Of a DNA stretch of 64,000 nucleotides, positions 1 through 8,906 are shown piece by piece. Under the pieces are notes generated by a model that had not been told where the DNA came from, made no database searches, and saw only the letters and a list, made by a program, of their open reading frames with translations. The stretch comes from an uncultured Muribaculaceae bacterium (GTDB lineage: Bacteria; Bacteroidota; Bacteroidia; Bacteroidales; UBA932), in the NCBI GenBank assembly GCA_964569595.1, contig CAZMTY010000001.1, positions 19,447 through 83,446 of the forward strand, written 5' to 3'. The position numbers were made by a program, and so were the translations under genes. Positions within the stretch are counted from its first letter, which is position 1, and each line of letters opens with the position of its first letter.

Positions 1-980
1 AAGGGGAAACGGAATTCTATGTCCGTCGCGGCATTGGCATAGTGCGCGAGTTTGTCATGGTCGTGAAAACGATAGTTGTTCTCGCCCATGCCGAGGTTTA
101 CGTGCCACTTCATGCGGTTTTCCTTCCAGTGGCGGAACCACTCCATTTCGGTGCCGGGCCTGACGAAGAACTCCATCTCCATCTGCTCGAACTCCCTCAT
201 GCGGAAGATAAACTGGCGTGCCACAACCTCATTGCGGAATGCCTTGCCTATCTGCGCAATACCGAAAGGTATCTTCATGCGGCCTGTCTTCTGGACGTTT
301 ATATAGTCCACGAATATGCCCTGGGCGGTCTCCGGCCTGAGGTAAATCTTGTTGCTGTCATCGCTTACCGAGCCGAACTGGGTCGAGAACATAAGGTTGA
401 ACTGGCGCACGTCGGTCCAGTTCTTGGTTCCGCTGACGGGGCAGACTATGCCGCAGTCCTCAATTATCTGCCTGTATTCCGCGAGGTCATTTGCCTGTTC
501 CGCAGCCACGAAACGAGCGCGTACGGAATCATAACGGGCCTTCTCCCTGAGTACATTGGGATTGGTCTCACGGAACTTGGCCTCATCGAAGTTCTCTCCG
601 AAGCGTTTGCGGCCCTTCTGCACCTCTTTTTCTATCTTTTCCTCGATTTTCGAGAGATATTCTTCTATCAGAACATCGGCGCGATACCTCTTTTTTGAGT
701 CTTTGTTGTCTATGAGAGGGTCGTTGAATGCCGCCACGTGTCCCGATGCCACCCAGGTCTTGGGGTGCATGAAAATGCTTGCGTCAAGCCCCACGATGTT
801 CTCGTTGAGCTTGGTCATGGCGCTCCACCAGTACTGTTTGATATTGTTCTTGAGTTCAACCCCGAGTTGCCCGTAATCATACACCGCCGTAAGGCCGTCA
901 TATATTTCGCTGGACGGGAAAATGTAGCCGTACTCCTTGCAATGAGCTACCAGTACCTTGAAGAGTTCTTCCTGAGTCAT
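1..980 (-). CDS. glyQS: glycine--tRNA ligase (homodimeric class II GlyRS), N-terminal ~326 codons; C-terminus lies left of the window
   Basis: The minus-strand frame is open from ATG at 978-980 to the window edge, so it has no stop here and is absent from the ORF track. My translation is GlyRS-like throughout: MTQEELFKVLVAHCKEYGYIFPSSEIYDGLTAVYDYGQLGVELKNNIKQYWW...KIYLRPETAQGIFVDYINV...IAQIGKAFRNE...FRMREFEQMEMEFF. Listed + ORFs 42..698, 556..876 etc. are antisense shadows. Confidence 0.9.
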   Translation of the reverse strand, partial: MTQEELFKVLVAHCKEYGYIFPSSEIYDGLTAVYDYGQLGVELKNNIKQYWWSAMTKLNENIVGLDASIFMHPKTWVASGHVAAFNDPLIDNKDSKKRYRADVLIEEYLSKIEEKIEKEVQKGRKRFGENFDEAKFRETNPNVLREKARYDSVRARFVAAEQANDLAEYRQIIEDCGIVCPVSGTKNWTDVRQFNLMFSTQFGSVSDDSNKIYLRPETAQGIFVDYINVQKTGRMKIPFGIAQIGKAFRNEVVARQFIFRMREFEQMEMEFFVRPGTEMEWFRHWKENRMKWHVNLGMGENNYRFHDHDKLAHYANAATDIEFRFP

Positions 981-1019
981 AATTTCGTTTCTTTGATTGT
1001 GTTTAGCGTTCTGGCGAAC

Positions 1020-1460
1020 CTACAAATTTAAGTATTTTGAGTCGCATATTTCCATGAGCGGACGCATGACGAAGTCCCTTTCCTTCATGAGAGGATGGGG
1101 TATCTTCAGCTCGGGCGTGTCGATGTGCTCGTTACCGTACAGCAGTATATCTATGTCTATGGGCCTGTCGTGATATATCCTTCGGCCCCGCGAGTCATGT
1201 TCCACGCTCTCGTTCCGGCCCATTTCCTTTTCTATCTTTTTACAAATCAATAGAATATCTACGGCGGGAAGTTCGGTTTCATAACACACCGCGCAGTTAA
1301 GGAAGGGTTCGCCCTTGAAGCCCCAGGCCTCGGTTTCTATTATCCCGGACAAGGCCTTGCGTCTGCCTCCGAGTTCGGTGTCAAGCCTGCACAAGGCCAG
1401 TTCTATACCCCTTCTCCTGTCTCCCTGGTTCGCTCCTAACGAAAAATATACATCTTTCAT
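1020..1460 (-). CDS. folK: 2-amino-4-hydroxy-6-hydroxymethyldihydropteridine diphosphokinase (HPPK)
   Basis: 146 aa. LGANQGDR, ETEAWGF, DIDILLYG and IPHPLMKERDFVMRPL fit the HPPK family pattern. ATG at 1458-1460. Confidence 0.9.
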   Translation of the reverse strand: MKDVYFSLGANQGDRRRGIELALCRLDTELGGRRKALSGIIETEAWGFKGEPFLNCAVCYETELPAVDILLICKKIEKEMGRNESVEHDSRGRRIYHDRPIDIDILLYGNEHIDTPELKIPHPLMKERDFVMRPLMEICDSKYLNL

Positions 1461-1478
1461 ATTCCGTATTTTCTCCGC

Positions 1479-1853
1479 TCAGTCGAATTCAGGGTCCATT
1501 CCGAGGGCTATCCTCGCCTCATCCGAGAGCAGACTCCTGTCCCATACCGGGTCGAACACCAGGTCTATGGTACATTTGGATATTCCCGGCGTCATCTCCA
1601 CCGCCCTCTTGGCATCATCGACAAGCTGGTCGGCCATAGGGCAGTTCGGGGCCGTAAGGGTCATCTTTATATAGACCTCGTGTTTCTTGTCAATGTTGAG
1701 TTCGTAAATCAGTCCGAGGTCATAGATGTTTACCGGAATTTCCGGGTCGTACACCTGCTTGAGTGCCCTCACGACGTCCTCGTACAAAGGGGCGAGTTCC
1801 TTTACGTCCTGGGGTGTCAGAACCGTGCTTTCTTTAGTTTCCTCCCCGTTCAT
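1479..1853 (-). CDS. DUF59-type SUF system Fe-S cluster assembly protein (SufT/PaaD-like)
   Basis: 124 aa. VYDPEIPVNIYDLGLIY...TLTAPNCPMAD is the DUF59 core. Its ATG overlaps the sufE stop (ATGA at 1850-1853), implying translational coupling. Confidence 0.8.
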   Translation of the reverse strand: MNGEETKESTVLTPQDVKELAPLYEDVVRALKQVYDPEIPVNIYDLGLIYELNIDKKHEVYIKMTLTAPNCPMADQLVDDAKRAVEMTPGISKCTIDLVFDPVWDRSLLSDEARIALGMDPEFD

Positions 1854-2263
1854 AAATTATTCTTAGCTATGGTATTTATTGTCTGTATCATTGAAACGAG
1901 GCCGTTTGCCCTTGTCGGAGAAAGATTCTCCTTGAGGCCCAGCCTGTCGATAAAGGCGAAATCGTCAGCCGCAATCTCTGCCGGCGTACTGCCGGAATAT
2001 ACCGATATGAGCAACGAAATTATGCCTTTGGTGATTATAGCATCACTGTCAGCCCGGAAAATGACCCGTCCGTCCTTTATTTCCGCATCGAGCCACACTC
2101 GTGACTGACAACCCTTTATCAATCTGTCATCGGTCTTGAGTTCTTCGGGGAAGCCCTCAAGGTTCTTTCCGAGGTCTATCAGATATTCATATTTGTCGAG
2201 CCAGTCTTCGAACATCGAAAACTCGTCGATAATGCTTTCCTGTCTTTCCTTAATCGTAGTCAT
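1850..2263 (-). CDS. sufE: cysteine desulfuration protein SufE
   Basis: 137 aa. IKGCQSRVWLDAE...RADSDAIITKGIISLL matches the SufE active-site Cys region. It lies between sufS and the DUF59 gene. Confidence 0.85.
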   Translation of the reverse strand: MTTIKERQESIIDEFSMFEDWLDKYEYLIDLGKNLEGFPEELKTDDRLIKGCQSRVWLDAEIKDGRVIFRADSDAIITKGIISLLISVYSGSTPAEIAADDFAFIDRLGLKENLSPTRANGLVSMIQTINTIAKNNL

Positions 2264-2632
2264 TTGCCGCGTTTTATTGATTGGTATTGCCTGAGGGATT
2301 CTTCCGCTTGGGCAATGAGCCGCCTTTTTGTTTTCTCCTGCAAGGTCCTGTGCCTATTCTGCCTATGTCCATATCTTATAGCTATTGCGTCTAAATCTCT
2401 ACTGGATACATAGCAAACCTTGCTTTTCCCGTTAATCTGTATGCTCTTTGTTCTACCTTAATCCTTGTATAGTGTTTTTCGCTATTCTCTATTACTTGTT
2501 CCTGTCAAATTCCTCGTCCCGTTACGCCCAAAATCAGCTCAGTTATTCAGCCTCGCAAACTCAAATAACTGATATTGTTCTTGGCTTCCGGGCCATATCC
2601 CGAACTCTTTGTCAGTCATTCAACTTCTCCCC

Positions 2633-3871
2633 TTATATCGCGAGCATCTCTATTGCCTTCTTCAACGATTTCACGAAATATTCTGCCTCCTCTATCGTGT
2701 TGTACGGAGCAAAAGACGCCCTCAACATACCCGTAACCCCATATCTGTCCATAAGCGGTTCCGCACACATCTGCCCTGAACGCAGCGCAATTCCCATTTT
2801 ATCGAGAATGAGTGCCAAATCCTCATGGTGCACATGTTCCACGGAGAACGAAAAGAGCGGAATTTTACTGAACTCGTAGCCTTCGCGAACTCCCGGGTTC
2901 CCATAAAGCCTCAATCCCGGTATGGACTCTAATTGCCCGGTAAGGTAATCGATTAATTGTCCGGAATATTCCCGCATCCCGTCGCCCTCCATTTCCTCCA
3001 TGATTCCGAAAGCCTTGACGAGTGTAGGTATTGATGCAAAGTTTTGAGTACCAGCCTCATAGCGGTGAGGTACAGGGGCGTAAGTAGTTCCCTCCCACCT
3101 TACCGTTTCCACCATTTCGCCTCCTCCCATGTAGGGCGGCAGGGACTCAAGCAAGTCCTTACGTCCATAGAGAACCCCGGTTCCTGGTGCAGCGTACATC
3201 TTATGACCCGAAAACGCATAGAAATCGCAGCCCATAGCCCTCACATCTACAGCTGAATGAACTATACCCTGGGCACCATCTACAAACAGCAGCGAATCTT
3301 TGGCGTGTACAATCTCTGATATGCGAGCAATGGGATTCACGAGTCCGAGGACATTCGAGATATGCGCTACACAAACCATCCTGGTCTTCTCCCCTATCAT
3401 AGAACCCAACTTTTCCAGCTCCAGACGCCCGTCATCATCCACGGGCAGAACTTTCAAAACGGCGTTCTTCCGCTTACACATCATCTGCCATGGAACTATG
3501 TCCGAATGGTGCTCGCTCTGCGCAACGACGATTTCGTCGCCTTCCCTGACGAAAGCCTCTCCGAAGCTGAACGCTAAAAGATTAACAGACGCCGTAGTTC
3601 CTGAAGTAAATACTATTTCCTTAGGGGAATCGGCATTTATACGACGCGCTACTTCCTCTCTTGCAGCCTCATACTCATCTGTAGCCACAGTAGAAATATA
3701 ATGCACTGCCCTGTGTATGTTTGCGCTGTATTTTCCCGAAAGTTCGCTCCATTTGTTTATAACGCACAAAGGTCTGAGCGAAGTCGCGGCATTGTCAAGA
3801 TATACCAAAGGCTTTCCGTGGACTTGCTCCGACAATTGTGGAAATTCTTTCCTGAGCGATATAATATCCAT
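2633..3871 (-). CDS. sufS: cysteine desulfurase, SufS-type class V aminotransferase
   Basis: Contains YLDNAATS, HHSDIVPW, SGHKMYAPGTGVLYG (PLP lysine motif) and RSGQMCAEP (active-site Cys). The track ORF starts at a TTG (3931). I prefer the ATG at 3869-3871 (MDIISLRKEFPQL), the usual SufS N-terminus. Confidence 0.9.
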   Translation of the reverse strand: MDIISLRKEFPQLSEQVHGKPLVYLDNAATSLRPLCVINKWSELSGKYSANIHRAVHYISTVATDEYEAAREEVARRINADSPKEIVFTSGTTASVNLLAFSFGEAFVREGDEIVVAQSEHHSDIVPWQMMCKRKNAVLKVLPVDDDGRLELEKLGSMIGEKTRMVCVAHISNVLGLVNPIARISEIVHAKDSLLFVDGAQGIVHSAVDVRAMGCDFYAFSGHKMYAAPGTGVLYGRKDLLESLPPYMGGGEMVETVRWEGTTYAPVPHRYEAGTQNFASIPTLVKAFGIMEEMEGDGMREYSGQLIDYLTGQLESIPGLRLYGNPGVREGYEFSKIPLFSFSVEHVHHEDLALILDKMGIALRSGQMCAEPLMDRYGVTGMLRASFAPYNTIEEAEYFVKSLKKAIEMLAI

Positions 3872-4185
3872 ATTGAAATTTTCTAATTCCAAGACGGCAA
3901 AATTAACTTTTTTATCTCTATCTACGGTCAATTATTTCGCTTATTTGCTATACCTTGAAATTACACTACAAATCTTCCGGAAATGAACAATCCTTCTACT
4001 GGCTTGCCCTAAACACCGACAGGCCGGGCAGCTGAAACTTATCTCGGAAACGATCACTCTCCCCGGGTTTAAGGCAAAATTGCTGTATTTCCTGGATTTT
4101 CATATAAAGAAATACTCTCAAGAATAGTCTTTGCCCCAACTGAAGCGGTAAAAGAAAACGGAACTGTCTACTTTGGTCTTGAAAC

Positions 4186-4378
4186 CATAAGTGTCCACTA
4201 AAATTTCAGGGCATTCCTTCGAATAAACTGGTCTTCAGTTTGATACAAGCAATTTTATGGAAAACGGACTTAAACTTGACTTTATGGTCATAATCAGGCC
4301 ATTATGTATAGAGACCGGTTTATTTTCGCCCAATTATTAAAGTTTCTTGACTTAGTAAACTCTTAGTGGACACTACTA
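4186..4378 (+). mobile_element. 193-bp MITE-like internal-deletion derivative of an IS4-like insertion sequence with 9-bp target-site duplication
   Basis: Terminal inverted repeats are AGTGTCCACTAA (4190-4201) and TTAGTGGACACT (4363-4374). An identical 9-mer TCTTGAAAC lies immediately outside both ends (4177-4185 and 4379-4387). Inside, ATG 4304 opens a 20-codon stub, MYRDRFIFAQLLKFLDLVNS*. Its xxFAQLLxFL start resembles the DUF4372 N-terminus of IS4-family transposases. No DDE domain remains. Confidence 0.6.
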
Positions 4379-4632
4379 TCTTGAAACATCATTATTGTAC
4401 TTTATGAGCAATGGTGTTTACTTGATTTGAAAGGAGCAAGGCCACAATGAATAGTTTCCAAAGAAAAGGGTGTAATAAACTTCCAAACATCCGGTAACTT
4501 GAGATCTCAAAGATAACTTTTGCTTTCCCTGCTATCTTTTCAGATTATGTCCAGCCATAGACCGCGGATAAAACACTGTCGATACCTGTACTCCTCTTTC
4601 CAAAAATTGTTTAGCACAACTTGCCGCATCCT

Positions 4633-4850
4633 CTTCGGAAACCGCTTACTTCTCTTTAATAAAGCGACTGCTATTTTCCGGAAACCTGACGTATCTTCTC
4701 TAAAAACAGCTCGTATTAATATTCAGACTTGATATATCTTCCCTGAAAACTGCTCCCTTCCTTTTAGAATCTGACTGCTATTTTCCGGAAACCGGCTACT
4801 TCTTCGGAAGCGCTCGCATTTACTTTAAGACTTGAAGCATTTACATCCAA
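4633..4850 (+). repeat. degenerate direct repeats (period ~107 nt) in the sufS/ruvA spacer
   Basis: The exact 21-mer GACTGCTATTTTCCGGAAACC occurs at 4666-4686 and 4773-4793. The following ~60 nt are recognisably similar (..cagacttgatatatcttcc vs ..taagacttgaagcatttacatcc). A third partial unit, tcggaaaccgcttacttctc, sits at ~4635. Confidence 0.6.
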
Positions 4851-4900
4851 ATTCTCTCGCAACCGAGACAGCATTTACACGACATCATACATTTTCCTCC

Positions 4901-5089
4901 ACACGAATTTCATAAACCCGTCTTTGACACTTCATTTAAGAGAAAACGAGGCCTCAGATAACCATGATGGAGATTCTGGGGCTATTCGGATATTACGGGT
5001 ATGTAATGTAATGACGCGGATTTCGTTGTCGGGAGACGGTTCCGCTGAATTGGACTGAATATATTTTCAGCTACACGAATTTCATAAAC
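4901..5089 (+). repeat. pair of 17-nt direct repeats upstream of ruvA
   Basis: ACACGAATTTCATAAAC occurs at 4901-4917 and again at 5073-5089. The second copy sits just upstream of the ruvA -7 box. Confidence 0.6.
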
Positions 5090-5102
5090 TCTCTTTTTTC
5101 TG

Positions 5103-5110
5103 TAAGTTTG
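5103..5110 (+). promoter_or_regulatory. Bacteroidetes-type -7 promoter box (TAAGTTTG) for ruvA
   Basis: Matches the TAnnTTTG consensus and ends 4 nt before the ruvA ATG (5115). Confidence 0.5.
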
Positions 5111-5114
5111 CCCC

Positions 5115-5708
5115 ATGATAGAATACATTTCAGGAAAACTTGCGGAACTTACGCCAACCTCGGCTATCGTCGAAAACAACGGTATAGCTTACTTGCTGGA
5201 AATTTCAGTCCAGACCTACGAACAACTTAACGGAAAGAGCGATGTAAAAATCTTCGTTCAAAAGCAATTTAACCAACGCGACGGCCTGGAAACCGACTAC
5301 GGCTTCGCCACAAGAGAAGAAAGAAGCCTGTTCAGGGCTATCACGAGCGTCAGCGGGATGGGCGCATCCTCCGCCCGAATGATACTTTCCTCCATGAGTC
5401 CGGAAGAACTCCAGAACACAATACTCTCGGAAAACGTCGCAAAACTTAAAGCCATAAAGGGCATAGGTCTCAAAACAGCCCAGAGGCTTATACTTGAACT
5501 GAAGGATAAAATCGTCAAGGGCGGAGAGGGGACATTTGAATCCCTGCTTCACTCGACCACCAACGCTGAGGCGGAAGAAGCTGCAACGGCACTTCAAAAT
5601 CTTGGCTTCAGTAAGCCGAATATATCAAAAGCCATACAGACAATACTTAAAAATAACCCCGAATACAAGGTGGAGGACATCATAAAGGCAGCGCTGAAGA
5701 TGCTTTAA
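5115..5708 (+). CDS. ruvA: Holliday junction branch migration complex subunit RuvA
   Basis: 197 aa. MIEYISGKL...IVENNGIAY N-terminus, the helix-hairpin-helix region LKAIKGIGLKTAQRLILELK, and a C-terminal domain III. Confidence 0.9.
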   Translation: MIEYISGKLAELTPTSAIVENNGIAYLLEISVQTYEQLNGKSDVKIFVQKQFNQRDGLETDYGFATREERSLFRAITSVSGMGASSARMILSSMSPEELQNTILSENVAKLKAIKGIGLKTAQRLILELKDKIVKGGEGTFESLLHSTTNAEAEEAATALQNLGFSKPNISKAIQTILKNNPEYKVEDIIKAALKML

Positions 5709-6529
5709 TCAGAATCTCAACGCATCAATCAGTGAATATGTCTATGGTTCAAATGGAGACTATTTCACGAGCTCCGTCCATAATAAAGGGAGAATTGATT
5801 TCGTTGGCCACCATGATGCAAAATCACAGGAGCGAAATCAACTCCCTTAGTCCGACATCAAAACTAAACGGATTCCAAATCCTGTAAGAGCACAGTGAAG
5901 CAAATCTTCGCAACCGCGAGAATATCCGTTTACAGTAGGTCAGAAGTCTAAATACATCCCCGCCCGCCAATACTATTGACGGCGAAAAAACACACTTACC
6001 CTCACGTACAGGATTTCGATAAACAATTTTTCGCAAAATTATCAAGACCTTGACCCCCTCTACATTTAATTCCGGATTCAAAAGAGGCAAGAAACTATCC
6101 TCTCTGACTACTCCCTAAAATAACTCGAATCGCAGAAAGTGATAAAACACCTATAAGAGAAAATAAACACTTCCGCATATACAGAAACTAAACTCGCTCC
6201 CGATAGAATTTTTAAATAATCGAAAGAAACATTTTCTGTCCGTACAAGAACCGAGGACGCTCACTGAATTCATCCATAATTTTCGCTCGCCTGAATATTT
6301 CGCAGGATAAGAAATTGTGTAGTCTTCCAAATATGATACAACACAAAACACAGCCCCCGCATTTCTTCGAGCCAACGCTAAAAACTTCTATCGAAAACTT
6401 AAATAACCAGTCTACCGGCGAACATCAAGGCAGAAAAGGGGCTACAGGGAAACACGGCGGAAGTGAAAATCGTTTCATCAATAAACAAAACACGACTCAA
6501 AATAATCCGAGTTCAAAGACGAGAAACAA

Positions 6530-8392
6530 TCATCTACCGAAATAGACGAGCAAAACCGAAATATCCGACGGAGAAACTCCAGAGATTCTGGAAGCCTGAG
6601 CTATAGTTGCAGGCTTATACTTTTTCAATTTCTGCCTACACTCTATCGAAAGACCAGAGACCTTTTCAAAATCAAAATTTTCAGGTATAAGCAATCTCTC
6701 CAAGCTATGCAGTTTCTCTGCCGCCCGCAGTTCCCTGTCAATATACGACTTATAGCGTATGGAAATCTCGACACTCTCAATAATTTCCTCTGAAAGTGTT
6801 CCACGTGGAACGATTTTTAAGATTTCAGAAAGTTTAGTCTCATGTCTCTTTGCTAATTCGGCTATCTTTTTCGATTCCGAAATCTCAGCTGAACCTACTG
6901 ACTGAAGATAAGGATTTACCTTGTCAGAGGTAATAAGGGTTGAATGGCAATATTCCTCTAACTCATTGATTAAAGAATATTTATATTCCATTAAACGATA
7001 CCTTTCGTCAGTAGAAAGACCTATAGAATGAGAAATACCGGTAAGACGAAAATCGGCATTATCCTGCCGAAGAATTATCCTGTACTCCGCTCTCGAAGTA
7101 AACATACGGTACGGCTCATCCACGCCCTTAGTCACCAAATCGTCAATAAGAACTCCAATATATGACTGGTCCCTTCCTAAAACCAAAGGCTCCTTGTTAT
7201 GAAGTTTCAGATGCGCATTAATGCCCGCCATTATGCCTTGGGCAGCCGCTTCCTCATAGCCGGTAGTTCCATTCACCTGCCCTGCAAAATATAGATTTTC
7301 AATCGCTCTACTCTCAAGTGTTGCCCGCAGTTGGGTCGGTTCAAAATAATCATACTCTACAGCGTATGCAGGCTTATAAATCCTCACCTTCTCCATTCCA
7401 CTTATCGCATGGAGAGCATCGAGCTGAACCTGCAACGGCAAAGATGAAGAAAAGCCCTGGAGATAATACTCATTCGTATCCCTGCCTTCAGGCTCAAGGA
7501 AGAGCTGATGTGCATCATTATCGGGAAACATCCTCAGCTTATCTTCAATACTCGGACAATACCTCGGACCAATACCATTAATCATCCCGGTAAACAGTGG
7601 CGACTCAGAAAAACCCGTGCGTAAAATCTCATGCACATGCGGATTAGTATGCAAAATAAAACATGGCATCTGAGGATGCTCGCCCTGGACAGCGGAGGGT
7701 CGGTCAAGAAAAGAAAAGCGACCCGGGTTCTCATCACCGTACTGCTTGGGAAAAACAGAAGTATCAATTGAAGAAATATCTATACGCGGAGGAGTCCCCG
7801 TCTTCATTCTCCCCGACCTGATCCCAAAAGAATTTAACTGCTCAGTTATCCCGTAAGAGGCCATCTCACCCAGCCGGCCGCCTTCCATTTTGTGGCGTCC
7901 GATAAAAAGCGAGCCTGAAAGGAAGGTACCGGCGGTCAAAATAACCGCGCGAGATTTAAAAATCGCCCCTGTGGATGTACGTACACCGGAAATTTTTGAA
8001 TTCTCAACGAGAAAAGAAACAGCAGAATCCGCGAAAATATTTAAGTTACAATTAGTTTCAAGCAATTTACGCCATATCGCTGAAAACTGCACTTTATCGC
8101 ACTGAGCCCGGGGACTCCACATGGCTGGACCCTTGGATTTGTTGAGCATACGGAACTGTAAAGTGCAACTGTCCGTGACAATCCCTGTATACCCTCCAAG
8201 CGCATCTATTTCTCTTACTATCTGTCCTTTCGCTATACCCCCGACTGCAGGATTACACGACATTCTTGCAAAGCCTGTCATGTCCATGGACAGGAGAAGA
8301 ACTGAAGAACCCATATTGGCAGCAGCCATCGCAGCCTCACAACCGGCATGACCGCCACCTACGACTATTATATCATAAAACGTCCCGCTCAT
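6530..8392 (-). CDS. mnmG: tRNA uridine-5-carboxymethylaminomethyl modification enzyme MnmG (GidA)
   Basis: Contains FYDIIVVGGGHAGCEAA (FAD fold), NPAVGGIAKGQIVREIDALGG and GPRYCPSIEDK. The track starts at TTG 8398. ATG at 8390-8392 overlaps the ybeY stop (ATGA). Confidence 0.95.
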   Translation of the reverse strand: MSGTFYDIIVVGGGHAGCEAAMAAANMGSSVLLLSMDMTGFARMSCNPAVGGIAKGQIVREIDALGGYTGIVTDSCTLQFRMLNKSKGPAMWSPRAQCDKVQFSAIWRKLLETNCNLNIFADSAVSFLVENSKISGVRTSTGAIFKSRAVILTAGTFLSGSLFIGRHKMEGGRLGEMASYGITEQLNSFGIRSGRMKTGTPPRIDISSIDTSVFPKQYGDENPGRFSFLDRPSAVQGEHPQMPCFILHTNPHVHEILRTGFSESPLFTGMINGIGPRYCPSIEDKLRMFPDNDAHQLFLEPEGRDTNEYYLQGFSSSLPLQVQLDALHAISGMEKVRIYKPAYAVEYDYFEPTQLRATLESRAIENLYFAGQVNGTTGYEEAAAQGIMAGINAHLKLHNKEPLVLGRDQSYIGVLIDDLVTKGVDEPYRMFTSRAEYRIILRQDNADFRLTGISHSIGLSTDERYRLMEYKYSLINELEEYCHSTLITSDKVNPYLQSVGSAEISESKKIAELAKRHETKLSEILKIVPRGTLSEEIIESVEISIRYKSYIDRELRAAEKLHSLERLLIPENFDFEKVSGLSIECRQKLKKYKPATIAQASRISGVSPSDISVLLVYFGR

Positions 8393-8814
8393 CCGCAATA
8401 CTCTCCCCTTTTGGAAAGATAGAAATCTTCCTTCTCTCTCATTACCTTCTTCTCCTCATCCGTGAAATCACCATAACCTGCCAAATGAAGAATTCCATGA
8501 ACCATCACCCTGTCCAACTCATCCTCAAAATCCGTTTGATAAAAGCCAGAGTTATCCTTGACCGTATCAATACTTATAAAGAGGTCGCCGGAAATTTTGT
8601 TTCCAGAGCAGTAATCGAAGGTAATAATATCAGTAAAATAGTCATGCCCAAGATATTTACGGTTCACGTCAAGAATATAGTCATCAGAACAGAAAATTAT
8701 TGATACATCGCCAATTATCCTGCCTTCATCAGAAGCCACGGCACTCAGCCAGCGACGTCTCCACATCCTGCCTCTTAAAACAAAATCAATTTGCTCACTA
8801 AAATAACGGACCAT
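8389..8814 (-). CDS. ybeY: rRNA maturation endoribonuclease YbeY
   Basis: 141 aa with the zinc motif HGILHLAGYGD. It sits immediately upstream of mnmG and is coupled to it. Confidence 0.9.
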   Translation of the reverse strand: MVRYFSEQIDFVLRGRMWRRRWLSAVASDEGRIIGDVSIIFCSDDYILDVNRKYLGHDYFTDIITFDYCSGNKISGDLFISIDTVKDNSGFYQTDFEDELDRVMVHGILHLAGYGDFTDEEKKVMREKEDFYLSKRGEYCG

Positions 8815-8867
8815 AAATAAAATTTTGGCAAATCTACTAAAATATTGGAATTGAAATTAAATATTTC

Positions 8868-8875
8868 TATCTTTG
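8868..8875 (+). promoter_or_regulatory. -7 promoter box (TATCTTTG) for the TonB-family gene
   Basis: TAnnTTTG match 32 nt upstream of ATG 8907. Confidence 0.45.
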
Positions 8876-8906
8876 GCAATTGGAAGAAAATGTAAAACAA
8901 CGAGAT

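Noticed and set aside
42-698. A 218-aa + strand ORF at the left edge, listed first in the track.
   Set aside because: The opposite strand translates into an unmistakable GlyRS N-terminus with an ATG at 980. The + ORF is its antisense shadow.
4666-4793. Two exact 21-nt direct repeats spaced 107 nt apart, considered as a possible degenerate CRISPR array.
   Set aside because: There are only two exact copies, and the intervening and following sequences are themselves homologous (a tandem duplication, not unique spacers). The repeat is not palindromic and no cas genes are in the window.
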